64,000 bases of DNA, from NCBI GenBank assembly GCA_024653345.1, contig JANLFV010000007.1:4605-68604 (forward strand), read 5' to 3'. How positions within the stretch are numbered: the stretch's first letter is position 1; each line of letters starts with the position of its first letter. The notes beneath the pieces were generated by a model. It was not told the DNA's origin, did no database searches, and saw only the letters and a list, made by a program, of their open reading frames with translations. The translations under genes were made by a program, and so were the position numbers. Shown piece by piece: positions 39,228 to 47,866 of this stretch. Source of the stretch: Candidatus Acetothermia bacterium (lineage in GTDB: Bacteria; Bipolaricaulota; Bipolaricaulia; RBG-16-55-9; JANLFV01).

Positions 39228-39851
39228 TCACCTCCTCCAGCCGACTTGCAGTAGGTCTCTCACGGTCTTCCAATTGGCGCGCGCGCAGGGCGGGAGTCGG
39301 CCGTGCTCTAGATACCAACTCCTCAGGAACTCCCGCGTCCGGCGCTCGCTGGGATAGCCCCAGCCGAAGTCCCCGTATGCCCGGCGCAGTGCGAGGATCG
39401 CCCGGTCGCGCTCGACCTTGGCGATGATCGACGCCGCACTGACGACCGGATAGCGCTGATCGGCATGGTTCTCCCCCGTCAGGGCTATATGCCGGCCGAT
39501 CAGCCGTTGCAGCTTGCGGCAGTAGTCGGCAACTCCCCGAGGATGGGTCGGGACATCGAGATAGACGAGATCGGGTCGGAGTTGGGCGATCAGCTCGGCA
39601 CTGGCCTCGAGCTCCACCAGATTGAGGTTCTTCTGCAACTGCTCAGGCGGGATGGAGACGGAGCGGCACTGGGCGAGCCCAGCGATCTGGAGGGCGAGCT
39701 CGGCACGCCGCTCACGCGAGAGGGCCTTGGAGTCGCGGACACCCAAGCTCTTGAGGCGCGGCTCATCTTGGCCGGAGATGAGCACGCCTGCCACGACCAG
39801 CGGCCCGAGGACCGGCCCCCTTCCGGCCTCATCGATCCCCAGGATTCTCAT
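39228..39851 (-). CDS. rnhB: ribonuclease HII
   Basis: 207 aa with MRILGIDEAGRGPVLGPLVVAGV and DSKALS. Confidence 0.9.
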   Translation of the reverse strand: MRILGIDEAGRGPVLGPLVVAGVLISGQDEPRLKSLGVRDSKALSRERRAELALQIAGLAQCRSVSIPPEQLQKNLNLVELEASAELIAQLRPDLVYLDVPTHPRGVADYCRKLQRLIGRHIALTGENHADQRYPVVSAASIIAKVERDRAILALRRAYGDFGWGYPSERRTREFLRSWYLEHGRLPPCARANWKTVRDLLQVGWRR

Positions 39852-40084
39852 CGGAGGAGGCGCGCAAGGAGGGTGAAGAGGAGGGAGAGGAGCAGGCTGA
39901 GCAGGAGGGATGTTCCCAGGGGGATGTAGACCCGGCCGCGCTGGCCGATCGGGATCTGGAAGTCGCCGGGGAGCCGGCCGAGCCAGGCGAGGCCCCTGGG
40001 GTAGAGGAGGAGGAAGAGGCCGGCGATAAGGGCCAGGCCACCGAGGATCAAGAGAAGGCCGCCGATCGCCCGGGGGTCCATCAT
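39848..40084 (-). CDS. DUF2905-family small membrane protein
   Basis: 78 aa with two TM segments flanking GRLPGDFQIP. Confidence 0.6.
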   Translation of the reverse strand: MMDPRAIGGLLLILGGLALIAGLFLLLYPRGLAWLGRLPGDFQIPIGQRGRVYIPLGTSLLLSLLLSLLFTLLARLLR

Positions 40085-40094
40085 CGGGCGAGGA

Positions 40095-40352
40095 TCAGGG
40101 CTCCTCCTTCTGGCCGACCAGGGTCTTGATGTATTCGATGGCCTCCCCGACAGTGGTGATCTTCTCCGCGTCCTCGTCGGGGATCTGGATCCCGAACTCC
40201 TCCTCCAGCTCCATGATCATCTCCACCACATCGAGGGAATCGGCCCCCAGGTCTTCGATGAAGGTCGCCTTCTCCGTGATCTCGCTCGCATCGACCATCA
40301 ACTGCTCCTCGATGATCTTTCTCACCCTCTCAGCGATCCCGTCCTCAACCAT
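40095..40352 (-). CDS. acpP: acyl carrier protein
   Basis: 85 aa with the [11 protein letters not shown] phosphopantetheine site. Confidence 0.9.
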   Translation of the reverse strand: MVEDGIAERVRKIIEEQLMVDASEITEKATFIEDLGADSLDVVEMIMELEEEFGIQIPDEDAEKITTVGEAIEYIKTLVGQKEEP

Positions 40353-40457
40353 CTCTCCTACCTCCTCCGCTCCTGGCTTTCGGCACCCTTTATAACTGAT
40401 CGCTGTCTCATGGTCAAGGGAAGGCTGAGAGCCAGCGGGCTTCCCGGGAGGCGAGGC

Positions 40458-41483
40458 TCAGCCCTCCCCGCTGGCCTGGAAGAGCGGGGTCCCGTTGAAC
40501 CGGGCGATCCCCTGCTCGATCTTCTCCGGAAGGCGGCTCTGCACGGCGCTGTTCGCCACCTTGATCGCGTTCTTGATCGCCAGGGCATCGGAATGGCCGT
40601 GGGCGATGATCACCACGTTCTTCAGCCCCAAGAGGGGCGCGCCCCCGTGGTAGGAGGCGTCGAGCTTCTCCTTCAGCCACTGGAACTGGGGCGCGAGCAG
40701 GAGTGCCCCGACCCTGGCTCTCAGGCTCTCGTGGATCGACTTCTTGAGGAGGCCGATGACCGCCGCGGCGCTCCCCTCCACACCCTTGAGGAGGATGTTC
40801 CCGGAAAAGCCGTCGCAGACGACCACATCGACCCCGCCTTGGAGAAGGCGGTTGCTCTCCACATTCCCGACGAAGCCCTCGACCTCCTTCAGCAGGTCGA
40901 AGGCCTTCCGGACGAGCGCGTTCCCCTTGCCCTCCTCCGCGCCGATGTTCAACAGCCCAATCCGCGGCTGAGGGAGGCCGAGGATCTCCTGCATATAGAT
41001 CCGGCCCATGATCGCGAATTGCTTCAGGTTATGGGGCGAGCAATCGACATTCGCGCCGCTATCGATCAGGAGGAAGTTCGCTGCCCCAGTTGTCGGGACG
41101 GAGACCGCGATCCCCGGCCGCTCGATCCCTGGGATCCGCCCGAGGTGGAGCAGCGAGGCGGCCATCACCGCCCCGGTGTTCCCGGGGGAGACGAAGGCCT
41201 CGGCCCGGCCCTCCTTCAGCGCGAGGATCCCCTGGACGAGCGAGCTGTTCTTCTTCCGGCGGACAGCCTCCGCTGGCGGGTCCTCCATCTTCACCGCCTC
41301 CGGAGCGTGAATGACGGAGAGTGGCAGGCGGTGGCCGCGGATCTCCCGCTCGATCAGCCCCTGCTCCCCGGCGAAGACTACCTCGACGCCGAAGGCCTCG
41401 GCTGCGGCTAAGCCTCCCCGGATCAGCTCCGCTGGGGGATTGTCGCCGCCGAGGGTGTCCAGGACGACCCGCACTCTGTTCAT
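40458..41483 (-). CDS. plsX: phosphate acyltransferase PlsX
   Basis: Start at MNRVRVVLDTLGGDNPP; the longer track ORF runs into tRNA-Leu. Also GANVDC and HGHSD. Confidence 0.85.
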   Translation of the reverse strand: MNRVRVVLDTLGGDNPPAELIRGGLAAAEAFGVEVVFAGEQGLIEREIRGHRLPLSVIHAPEAVKMEDPPAEAVRRKKNSSLVQGILALKEGRAEAFVSPGNTGAVMAASLLHLGRIPGIERPGIAVSVPTTGAANFLLIDSGANVDCSPHNLKQFAIMGRIYMQEILGLPQPRIGLLNIGAEEGKGNALVRKAFDLLKEVEGFVGNVESNRLLQGGVDVVVCDGFSGNILLKGVEGSAAAVIGLLKKSIHESLRARVGALLLAPQFQWLKEKLDASYHGGAPLLGLKNVVIIAHGHSDALAIKNAIKVANSAVQSRLPEKIEQGIARFNGTPLFQASGEG

Positions 41484-41491
41484 CAAGGAAT

Positions 41492-41583
41492 TGGTGCCGA
41501 GGGTGGGACTTGAACCCACACGGACGTTTTTATAGCCCACATGGCCCTCAACCATGCGCGTCTGCCAGTTCCGCCACCTCGGC
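41492..41583 (-). tRNA. tRNA-Leu (anticodon GAG), CCA encoded
   Basis: Minus strand reads GCCGAGGTGGCGGAACTGGCAGACGCGCATGGTTGAGGGCCATG...GGTTCAAGTCCCACCCTCGGCACCA, with a long variable arm. TTGACA-N17-TAAGAT lies just upstream. Confidence 0.85.
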
Positions 41584-41714
41584 CTGTAGCGCTAGAATCT
41601 TAGGGGAGGCTGGCCTTCTTGTCAAGTGATCCCCGGCGCACGAGCACCTCGAGAAAGGCGAGGCACGCCTGCGGGTGCTGCTCAGGCGCGCCTCCTTGTG
41701 AGCCCTGATAGGTG

Positions 41715-41771
41715 TTACTTCTTCTTGCCGCCGGCGGGCTTCTTGGCCCCGCCCTTCTTCTTCAAGAGCAT
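41715..41771 (-). CDS. 18-codon lysine-rich micro-ORF (MLLKKKGGAKKPAGGKKK)
   Basis: Not in the track. SD GGAGGAGGTGAG lies 6 nt upstream. All 17 sense codons after the ATG end in G/C. A perfect TTGACA-N17-TATAAT promoter lies ~65 nt upstream. It is paralogous to 35358-35414. Confidence 0.5.
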   Translation of the reverse strand: MLLKKKGGAKKPAGGKKK

Positions 41772-41818
41772 CGGGGCTCACCTCCTCCCTTGTCGCAGAG
41801 ATCCGCGCACGTGCGCAC

Positions 41819-41847
41819 TTGACCACCCAGGCGGCGATCATTATAAT
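41819..41847 (+). promoter_or_regulatory. promoter TTGACC-N17-TATAAT for the ArsR-family gene
   Basis: ttgacc acccaggcggcgatcat tataat. Its -10 box overlaps the minus-strand -10 box. Confidence 0.6.
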
Positions 41848-41868
41848 CCGACCATGAACCCTTGTCAA
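41840..41868 (-). promoter_or_regulatory. perfect consensus promoter TTGACA-N17-TATAAT for the micro-ORF
   Basis: Minus strand reads ttgaca agggttcatggtcggat tataat. It shares the palindrome GATTATAATC with the plus-strand promoter. Confidence 0.6.
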
Positions 41869-41893
41869 GAGGTCTTCGTCACAGAGGTCGCCG

Positions 41894-42217
41894 ATGTATG
41901 AGCGCTACGCTGATCTCTTCAAGTGCTTCGCTCAGCAGTCCAGATTGCGGCTGATCAAGCTCCTGGCAAGCGCCGAGGAGCTCTCGGTGACGGAGCTGGG
42001 TGAGGCGCTCGGGGTGAAGCACTCCACCGTCTCCAAGCACCTCAACCTCCTCCGGCTCCAGGGCCTGGTGAAGTTCCGCCGCGAGGGCCAGCTCACCTAC
42101 TACTCCCTCAACCTGGAGAGGATTGCCGAGTTCCTCGAGGAGTTCCTCGAATTTCTGCAGGTCGCGGACGAGGAGCTAGCGCTGAGCCTGCCCCCCAGAT
42201 CAGCCCTCAGCTCATGA
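41894..42217 (+). CDS. ArsR/SmtB-family transcriptional regulator
   Basis: 107 aa with FKCFAQQSRLRLIKLLASAEELSVTELGEALGVKHSTVSKHLNLLRLQGLV (winged HTH). Confidence 0.8.
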   Translation: MYERYADLFKCFAQQSRLRLIKLLASAEELSVTELGEALGVKHSTVSKHLNLLRLQGLVKFRREGQLTYYSLNLERIAEFLEEFLEFLQVADEELALSLPPRSALSS

Positions 42218-42299
42218 TAGTCCAAAAGATGTGTGTGGAATGCCCTCGGCTGAGCTCCGCGCCGGCTCGGTTCTCACAGGATCTTCCGAGGAGGGGAGG

Positions 42300-43019
42300 A
42301 TGAAGGGCCTTTGGCTTGCAACCGCTGCTGCGGTGCTACTGGTGATCGGGCCGGCTGCGGCCGGATCGGCTCAGGAGGAGGACTTCTCGCTCGGGCGCGG
42401 CTGGGGAGCAGGAGTGCGGCTCTTCCCCCACGCGGTCATGCCCCTGATCCCGAGCGATATTGATCCAGCGTTGAACACCGTTGTGTTCCTGCAGCATTGG
42501 TTCAAGGGCTCGCTCGGCTTCGAGGCCGGGGGCTGGCTGTCGAGCTTCAGCGACAACTGGAGCTCGCGGAGCCTCTTGAACCTCTTCGCCGGGGTCTTGT
42601 TCAAGCTGGCTGAGGGGCCGCGGCTTGATCCCTACCTGGCCGGACGGGCGATCAGCCTCCAGGTCTTCCGCAGGGATAGCTACATCGTGTGCGAGACTCC
42701 ACCGGCTGAGGGTTCCTCTCGATCGAGGGAAAATGAGCCCCTCCCGCCTTGCTGGCCTTGGGGCTTTTCGGAGAGCCGGACCTCCACCCTGGCGGTCGAG
42801 GCTGCGGCGGGTCTCGAATGGAGCTTGGCCCGCGAATTGGCGACCAGTTTCGAGCTGGCCCTGGTCTACGCCCAGACGATGACCACTACCATTGCCACTC
42901 CCGCCGCGCGCGAGTCCGAGCCCGTCTCGAAGGCCAACGGGGAGACCCTGGCCTCGACGAGCCTGGGGCTGACCCTCACCTTGAGCCTGAGCTTCTATCC
43001 TGCCCTCGGTCAGAGGTAA
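42300..43019 (+). CDS. secreted beta-rich hypothetical protein (outer-membrane-like?)
   Basis: Start at MKGLWLATAAAVLLVIGPAAAGSAQ (signal peptide, GGAGGGGAGG SD). Amphipathic alternating segments. Confidence 0.5.
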   Translation: MKGLWLATAAAVLLVIGPAAAGSAQEEDFSLGRGWGAGVRLFPHAVMPLIPSDIDPALNTVVFLQHWFKGSLGFEAGGWLSSFSDNWSSRSLLNLFAGVLFKLAEGPRLDPYLAGRAISLQVFRRDSYIVCETPPAEGSSRSRENEPLPPCWPWGFSESRTSTLAVEAAAGLEWSLARELATSFELALVYAQTMTTTIATPAARESEPVSKANGETLASTSLGLTLTLSLSFYPALGQR

Positions 43020-43546
43020 AAGGTCAAGCCGGGAGTGAACTGGACCAGTGGGCTGGGGAAGAAGAGCAGCCCGCCGCTGAGCTCGAGTATCCCGAGGAGC
43101 TTCACATCCAAGAAGACGGTGAGGTAGTCCTGGAGATCTCTCTTCAGTCCCGCTGCTAGGTGCAGAGTGAAGTTGAGACTGTCCCCGTGGCAGAGGATGC
43201 CGCTCCCGCCTCCGAGGTAGATCCGCGAGTCGCGCCCGGGGAAGTGGAGGAGGAGGGCCGTCTCGAACGCGGAGACCTGGGGTCCTCCGGGCAGGCTGAA
43301 CCCGCCGGTGAACCGAGCTCCCAGGCCAGAGCGGGGGCCGAACTCAGCCACCGTCTCCAGCAGTTGGACTGTCTCCACAGTCATGCCCCAGATGTCCCTC
43401 AGGCGATGGAGCTCGAGGAGCCCAAAGCCCAGCCCGGCCGAGAAGGGCCTCTCCGCACCAGCCGCGCTGGGGTGGGCGAGGCCGACTACGGTCATCGCTA
43501 GGAGGAGCAAGCATTGCAGCACCTTCTGCCCAACTCTCAGGCCCAT
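43010..43546 (-). CDS. secreted beta-rich hypothetical protein ending in ...GLTFYL
   Basis: Start at MGLRVGQKVLQCLLLLAMTVVGLAHPSAAGA. It is convergent with the previous gene, with a 10-nt 3' overlap. Confidence 0.5.
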   Translation of the reverse strand: MGLRVGQKVLQCLLLLAMTVVGLAHPSAAGAERPFSAGLGFGLLELHRLRDIWGMTVETVQLLETVAEFGPRSGLGARFTGGFSLPGGPQVSAFETALLLHFPGRDSRIYLGGGSGILCHGDSLNFTLHLAAGLKRDLQDYLTVFLDVKLLGILELSGGLLFFPSPLVQFTPGLTFYL

Positions 43547-43696
43547 CTCCCTACCTCCGCGCAGGATTCTACCCCAGGCCTCGCTCGGCAGGGAAATCAG
43601 GCCGTGGCAGGCGGCCAATGAGCGGTTGAATCGCCTTCCTCGAGCGGACTAGATGGCTGGATGCAGGCTATCCGCGATCGTTCCTCCCGCTACTGA

Positions 43697-44593
43697 TCAA
43701 TCCCAGTCCAGGGGATAGCTGTAGCGATAGGCCACGGTCCCGTCAGGCCGGTAGAGCCAGGCCTCGTCCTTACCGTTATCCCAGATCTTATGGCCAGTCC
43801 AGTGGAAGTCGATGATCTGCTCCCCGCAAGCTGTGTGCTCTCCCCCTCTGCCTGTTGAGACCGGGCCGGAATGGACTCGGAGCAGCCCCCCGGCGGGCAA
43901 GATGCACTGCCCGGCTAGCTCTTGGCCGAAATCGAGCGTGTTCCGCGGGCTTCCCGACCCATCGCTGAGTTTCCAACCTGCTTCAAGGTCTACTTCTTCG
44001 TCCCCTCTATTCAAAATATAGACTACCTCGTCATCGCTCCATTGTTTGATCGCGGCGATCATGACCTCCGAATCGCCGTAATCATCACACTGGCCCCACC
44101 AGCCATTCCTAGACCTCGCCGCCTCTAGCTGGGCTGCAACAAGCCAATCGGCATAACGGACATCGAAATCCTTTTCCTGCGAGAGCTGTGTATCATTAGG
44201 ATCTATCACATCGAGCCTGGCACAGCCTTCCGCGACTAGCTGGACCTCGATGCTGCTCGTCTGGCTCCTTTCAAGCCTGAGAAAGACATGCGCTAAGAGC
44301 CTGTCTCGCACCTCCTGGTAACCCCCGTCAGTCGGATCCAGTTCCAGCCAAAGGTCCTTGGTAAGGGCCTCGTTGCATTGTTTGGCCTCAGGACCAAGAC
44401 ACTGGCCGAGGCCCGGGGCATTGATTGAGGCATAGCGCACTTCGCCTCTTCCGCCATCGTGGAGCTCAGCTACGATCGTATCCCCGTCGCGAGCGCTCAC
44501 CCCCCGCACCTGCTGCAACTCCACTGGTTCAGCGATCAGAACCAGACAGCTGACAACCGCTAGAGGGAGCGCAAGCAGTATCTTCCCAGGCAT
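43697..44593 (-). CDS. secreted thermonuclease (SNase)-like nuclease fused to a lamin-tail-like domain
   Basis: Signal peptide MPGKILLALPLAVVS. SNase-like VSARDGDTIVAEL...VRYASINAPG...DRLLAHVFL. The C-terminal part (VYILNRGDEEVDLEAGWKLSD...LLRVHSG) resembles an LTD. A spot count gives 27/60 G+C for line 43981. Confidence 0.65.
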   Translation of the reverse strand: MPGKILLALPLAVVSCLVLIAEPVELQQVRGVSARDGDTIVAELHDGGRGEVRYASINAPGLGQCLGPEAKQCNEALTKDLWLELDPTDGGYQEVRDRLLAHVFLRLERSQTSSIEVQLVAEGCARLDVIDPNDTQLSQEKDFDVRYADWLVAAQLEAARSRNGWWGQCDDYGDSEVMIAAIKQWSDDEVVYILNRGDEEVDLEAGWKLSDGSGSPRNTLDFGQELAGQCILPAGGLLRVHSGPVSTGRGGEHTACGEQIIDFHWTGHKIWDNGKDEAWLYRPDGTVAYRYSYPLDWD

Positions 44594-44672
44594 GATCGCA
44601 CCTCCTCAAAGTTCCGGGCTTTACTGAGCCCATCCTAAGAGAAGAGCCGCGCCTCTGTCAAGGAGAGGGTCG

Positions 44673-45260
44673 CTAAGTTCTGACCAGCTCGAGCGCGCGC
44701 TTGATCAGCTCCTCCGTCGAGAGATCCTCTCCTGCGACTTGCGCCCGCTCGACCGCCCGGCGGGCCTCCGTCGCGGTGAACCCGAGCGAGCGCAGCGCGC
44801 GGAAGGCCAGTTCCTCCCGCTCGGAGAAGACCGGCCCCCCCTCCTCAGCCAACGCGAACTTCGCGAGCTTGTCCCGCAACTCGAGGATCAGCCGGTCGGC
44901 GGTCTTCCGCCCCACCCCCTTGATCCGCTGGAGCTCCTCGGCCTGCTTGTTGATCACGGCTCTGCAGAACTGCGCCGGGGCCATCGCCGAGAGGACCTGG
45001 AGGGCCAGCCGCGGCCCGACCCCGGCCACGCCCAGGAGCAAGCGGAAGATCTCCCGCTCCTCCGCCCGGACGAAACCGTAGAGCTCTAGGCCATCCTCGC
45101 GCCACTGGAGCTGAGTGAAGAGCCGCACCGGGCCGTCGGCCTGGGCCAGGTCGGCCCGGGCCGCCTTGGTGATGAAGACGCGATAACCGATCCCGTTGGC
45201 CTCAACTACGGCGTAGCCTTCGCCGAGCTCGACCAGTTCCCCGGTGATAGTATCGATCAT
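44673..45260 (-). CDS. ruvA: Holliday junction DNA helicase subunit RuvA
   Basis: 195 aa with MIDTITGELVELGEGYAVVEANGIGYRVF, HhH motifs (LLGVAGVGPRLALQVL, IKGVGRKTADRLILEL). Confidence 0.9.
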   Translation of the reverse strand: MIDTITGELVELGEGYAVVEANGIGYRVFITKAARADLAQADGPVRLFTQLQWREDGLELYGFVRAEEREIFRLLLGVAGVGPRLALQVLSAMAPAQFCRAVINKQAEELQRIKGVGRKTADRLILELRDKLAKFALAEEGGPVFSEREELAFRALRSLGFTATEARRAVERAQVAGEDLSTEELIKRALELVRT

Positions 45261-45283
45261 CCTTGCCCATTCTAGGCCATGTG

Positions 45284-45883
45284 TCAGAGGAACTCAACTC
45301 GCCCCGAGGTCGCCTCGCTCAGGGCGTGCCGGAGCTCAGCGATGAGCGAGGCCGGGAGGGAAACCACTAGCCTCTGGCCCTCCCGATAGTCCTGCTCCTC
45401 GATCTCCGCTCGATATTGGTTGACGAGGCACATCACCTCGCCTGTCAGCTCGAGGGGATAGCGGAGGGCGAGTCGAGCCTTGCGAACCTCGGTCATGACC
45501 TCAGCCTGCGCGAGGGCCTCTCGGGCCGCATCACCGTAGGCGCGGATCAGGCCACCGAGCCCGAGCTTCGTCCCGCCGAAGTAGCGGACGACCACGACGA
45601 GAGTATTAAGCAACCCCCGAGCTTCGATCGCCCGCAGGATCGGGAGGCCGGCCGAGCGAGCCGGCTCGCCGCCGTCGGCGCTGGAGGCGGCGATACCGTC
45701 ATCAGTGACGACTCGGTAGGCGTAGCAGTGGTGGGTGGCATCGTGATACCTGGCCCTGATCTCCTTGAGCAGGCGCGCGGCCTCCTCGGCGCTCCCCACG
45801 GGATGGGCCAGGGCGATGAAGCGCGAGCCCTTCCGGACTAGCTTGACCGAGGTCGGACCCCTGATGGTCCTGTATTCATCCAT
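45284..45883 (-). CDS. YigZ/IMPACT-family (UPF0029) protein
   Basis: 199 aa with KGSRFIALAHPV...ARYHDATHHCYAYRV...DGGEPARSAG.PIL. Confidence 0.75.
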   Translation of the reverse strand: MDEYRTIRGPTSVKLVRKGSRFIALAHPVGSAEEAARLLKEIRARYHDATHHCYAYRVVTDDGIAASSADGGEPARSAGLPILRAIEARGLLNTLVVVVRYFGGTKLGLGGLIRAYGDAAREALAQAEVMTEVRKARLALRYPLELTGEVMCLVNQYRAEIEEQDYREGQRLVVSLPASLIAELRHALSEATSGRVEFL

Positions 45884-45966
45884 CTCCGCCCTATTCTAGC
45901 GCCCGGCTGCGGCCAGCTTGAAACAGCGGCCGCGAAGTGTTAAGATCAGCCCGGAGGGGTTGAGCG

Positions 45967-47172
45967 ATGAGAAAGCGGTCACAGCGAGTCGGGCTGGCCA
46001 TCCTGCTCACCGTCCTCGTCGGCCTGGCGCTGTGGAACATCAGCACGACGCTGGGGCAGTCGGGCGCCACGCTCTTCGGCCCGCTCTTCCAAGCCTACGA
46101 CCGGATCAGAGCGAACTTCTATCGCCCGGAGAGGATCGAGGAGCAAGAGCTCCTCTACGGCGCGATCCGGGGGATGGTCGAGGCCCTCGACGACCCCTAC
46201 AGCCGCTTCCTCACCCCGGAGGAGTATGAGCGGTTCAACGCGATCGACCTCAACGGGGAGTTCGTGGGGATCGGGGTCCAGATCGGGATCCGTGACGGGA
46301 AGGTGGTAGTGATCGCCCCGCTGCGAGGCTCGCCCGCGGAGCGTGAGGGCGTCCGCGCGGGGGACATTATCTTGGAGATCGACGGCCGCTCGACCGCAGG
46401 GTTCACGCTCGATGAGGCGGTCGCGCTCCTCCGGGGGGAGCCGGGGACGGCCGTGACGCTCAAGGTCCAGCACCTCGACGGGACGATCGAGGAGATCACC
46501 ATCATCCGCGAGCTGATCACGCTCGACCCGGTGGACTACCGGCTGGAGAGCGACGAGATCGGCTACATCAGGATCACGACCTTCAACCGGAAGACCGCCG
46601 AGGAGTTTAACCTGGCGCTGCGCGACCTGCTCACGGTTCACCGGATTGGCGGGCTGATCCTCGACCTGCGGAGCAACCCCGGCGGGCTCCTCGACGAGGC
46701 GCTGGCCGTGGCGAGCGCGTTCGTTGATCAAGGGCCGATCCTCAACACCACCGATCGCTCCGGGACGAGGACCTATTCAACCCAGGGGAACAGCATCCCC
46801 AACCTGCGCGTGGCGGTGCTCATCGACCGGGGAACGGCCTCCGCAGCGGAGATCCTCGCCGGGGCGATCCAGGACCATCGGATGGGCGTGCTCGTCGGGG
46901 AGCGGAGCTTCGGGAAGGGCTTGATTCAGACGCCCTTCACCCTCAGCGACAGCTCAGCCGTGATCCTCACCACCGGGGAATACACCACGCCTAATGGGCA
47001 TCGAGTCCAGGATCTCGGGCTGGTCCCGGACATCCCCGTGACTAACGAAGGTGAGGAAGACAGCCAGCTCCTCGCCGGGCTGGCCTGGGTGGAGGCGCGC
47101 CTGGGGAGCTTCTGTCCCTGCACTCCCGTCGATAGCCAAGAGCCCGTCGATCCGTTCCCGGCACAGGAGTAG
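45967..47172 (+). CDS. S41-family carboxyl-terminal processing peptidase with a PDZ domain
   Basis: 401 aa with GIGVQIG, PAEREGVRAGDIILEIDG (PDZ), LILDLRSNPGGLL, TASAAEILAGA and GKGLIQ. Confidence 0.85.
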   Translation: MRKRSQRVGLAILLTVLVGLALWNISTTLGQSGATLFGPLFQAYDRIRANFYRPERIEEQELLYGAIRGMVEALDDPYSRFLTPEEYERFNAIDLNGEFVGIGVQIGIRDGKVVVIAPLRGSPAEREGVRAGDIILEIDGRSTAGFTLDEAVALLRGEPGTAVTLKVQHLDGTIEEITIIRELITLDPVDYRLESDEIGYIRITTFNRKTAEEFNLALRDLLTVHRIGGLILDLRSNPGGLLDEALAVASAFVDQGPILNTTDRSGTRTYSTQGNSIPNLRVAVLIDRGTASAAEILAGAIQDHRMGVLVGERSFGKGLIQTPFTLSDSSAVILTTGEYTTPNGHRVQDLGLVPDIPVTNEGEEDSQLLAGLAWVEARLGSFCPCTPVDSQEPVDPFPAQE

Positions 47173-47440
47173 GCGCCTTCTCTCGAGGAGACTTCTCCAC
47201 TCGGCGAACGCACCCGCGCAGGCTGAAGGCCGCCGGCCAAAGAAGTTGAACCCCTGGCAACCCCATCCTGGTGCACTTCCAGCTTGATCGATTCTCCCAA
47301 AGCACGCGGCCTGCAGCCCCGCTCCGAACTCCAGCCGGAGATCGAGGGTGATCTAGGTCACCCTCGGGCGGGACCGAGCTGCGCTCACGAGCGCACGGCC
47401 TTCCTTCTAACCGCGACCCTCCAGAGGCTAGTTTTGGCTC

Positions 47441-47827
47441 ATGCGCGATGGGCAGAGCCCCTTGAGCTTCCTCGACGCCGGGCTGGCGGAGGAGGTCTAT
47501 CGTCGGGGGCAGTTCATCTACCTCCCCGGCGACCCGAGCGACGCCGTCTACCTCATCCGCAAGGGCCGGGTCCGGCTCTCCTTCGAGAGCGAGGACGGTG
47601 AGCGCCAGACGATGGCGATCCTCGGTCCGGGGGAGTTGTTCGGCGAGCTGGTCCTCAAGGCCGAGTCTCCGCGGGAGTTCTACGCTGAGGCCCTCACGGA
47701 GACGGCAGTCTATGTGCTGGACAAGTGGCAGTTGCTGAAGCTCATCCGCGGCGAGCCGGAGTTGCGCCGGCGCCTCAGCGAGCTTCTCGGGTATAAGAGA
47801 GATCTCCTCTTCCTCTGTCAGCCCTAG
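47441..47827 (+). CDS. stand-alone cyclic-nucleotide-binding (Crp-type effector) domain protein, no HTH
   Basis: 128 aa with GQFIYLPGDPSDAVYLIRKGRVRL...LGPGELFGE. Confidence 0.7.
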   Translation: MRDGQSPLSFLDAGLAEEVYRRGQFIYLPGDPSDAVYLIRKGRVRLSFESEDGERQTMAILGPGELFGELVLKAESPREFYAEALTETAVYVLDKWQLLKLIRGEPELRRRLSELLGYKRDLLFLCQP

Positions 47828-47866
47828 CTTGCCCCATCTCCCTCCAGTTCCTATACTCCAGCTGCG

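Noticed and set aside
41548-41868. 106-aa minus-strand ORF covering the micro-ORF region
   Set aside because: It runs straight through tRNA-Leu, starts at a TTG inside the -35 box and has poor codon bias. The 18-codon ORF in another frame has the SD and the bias.
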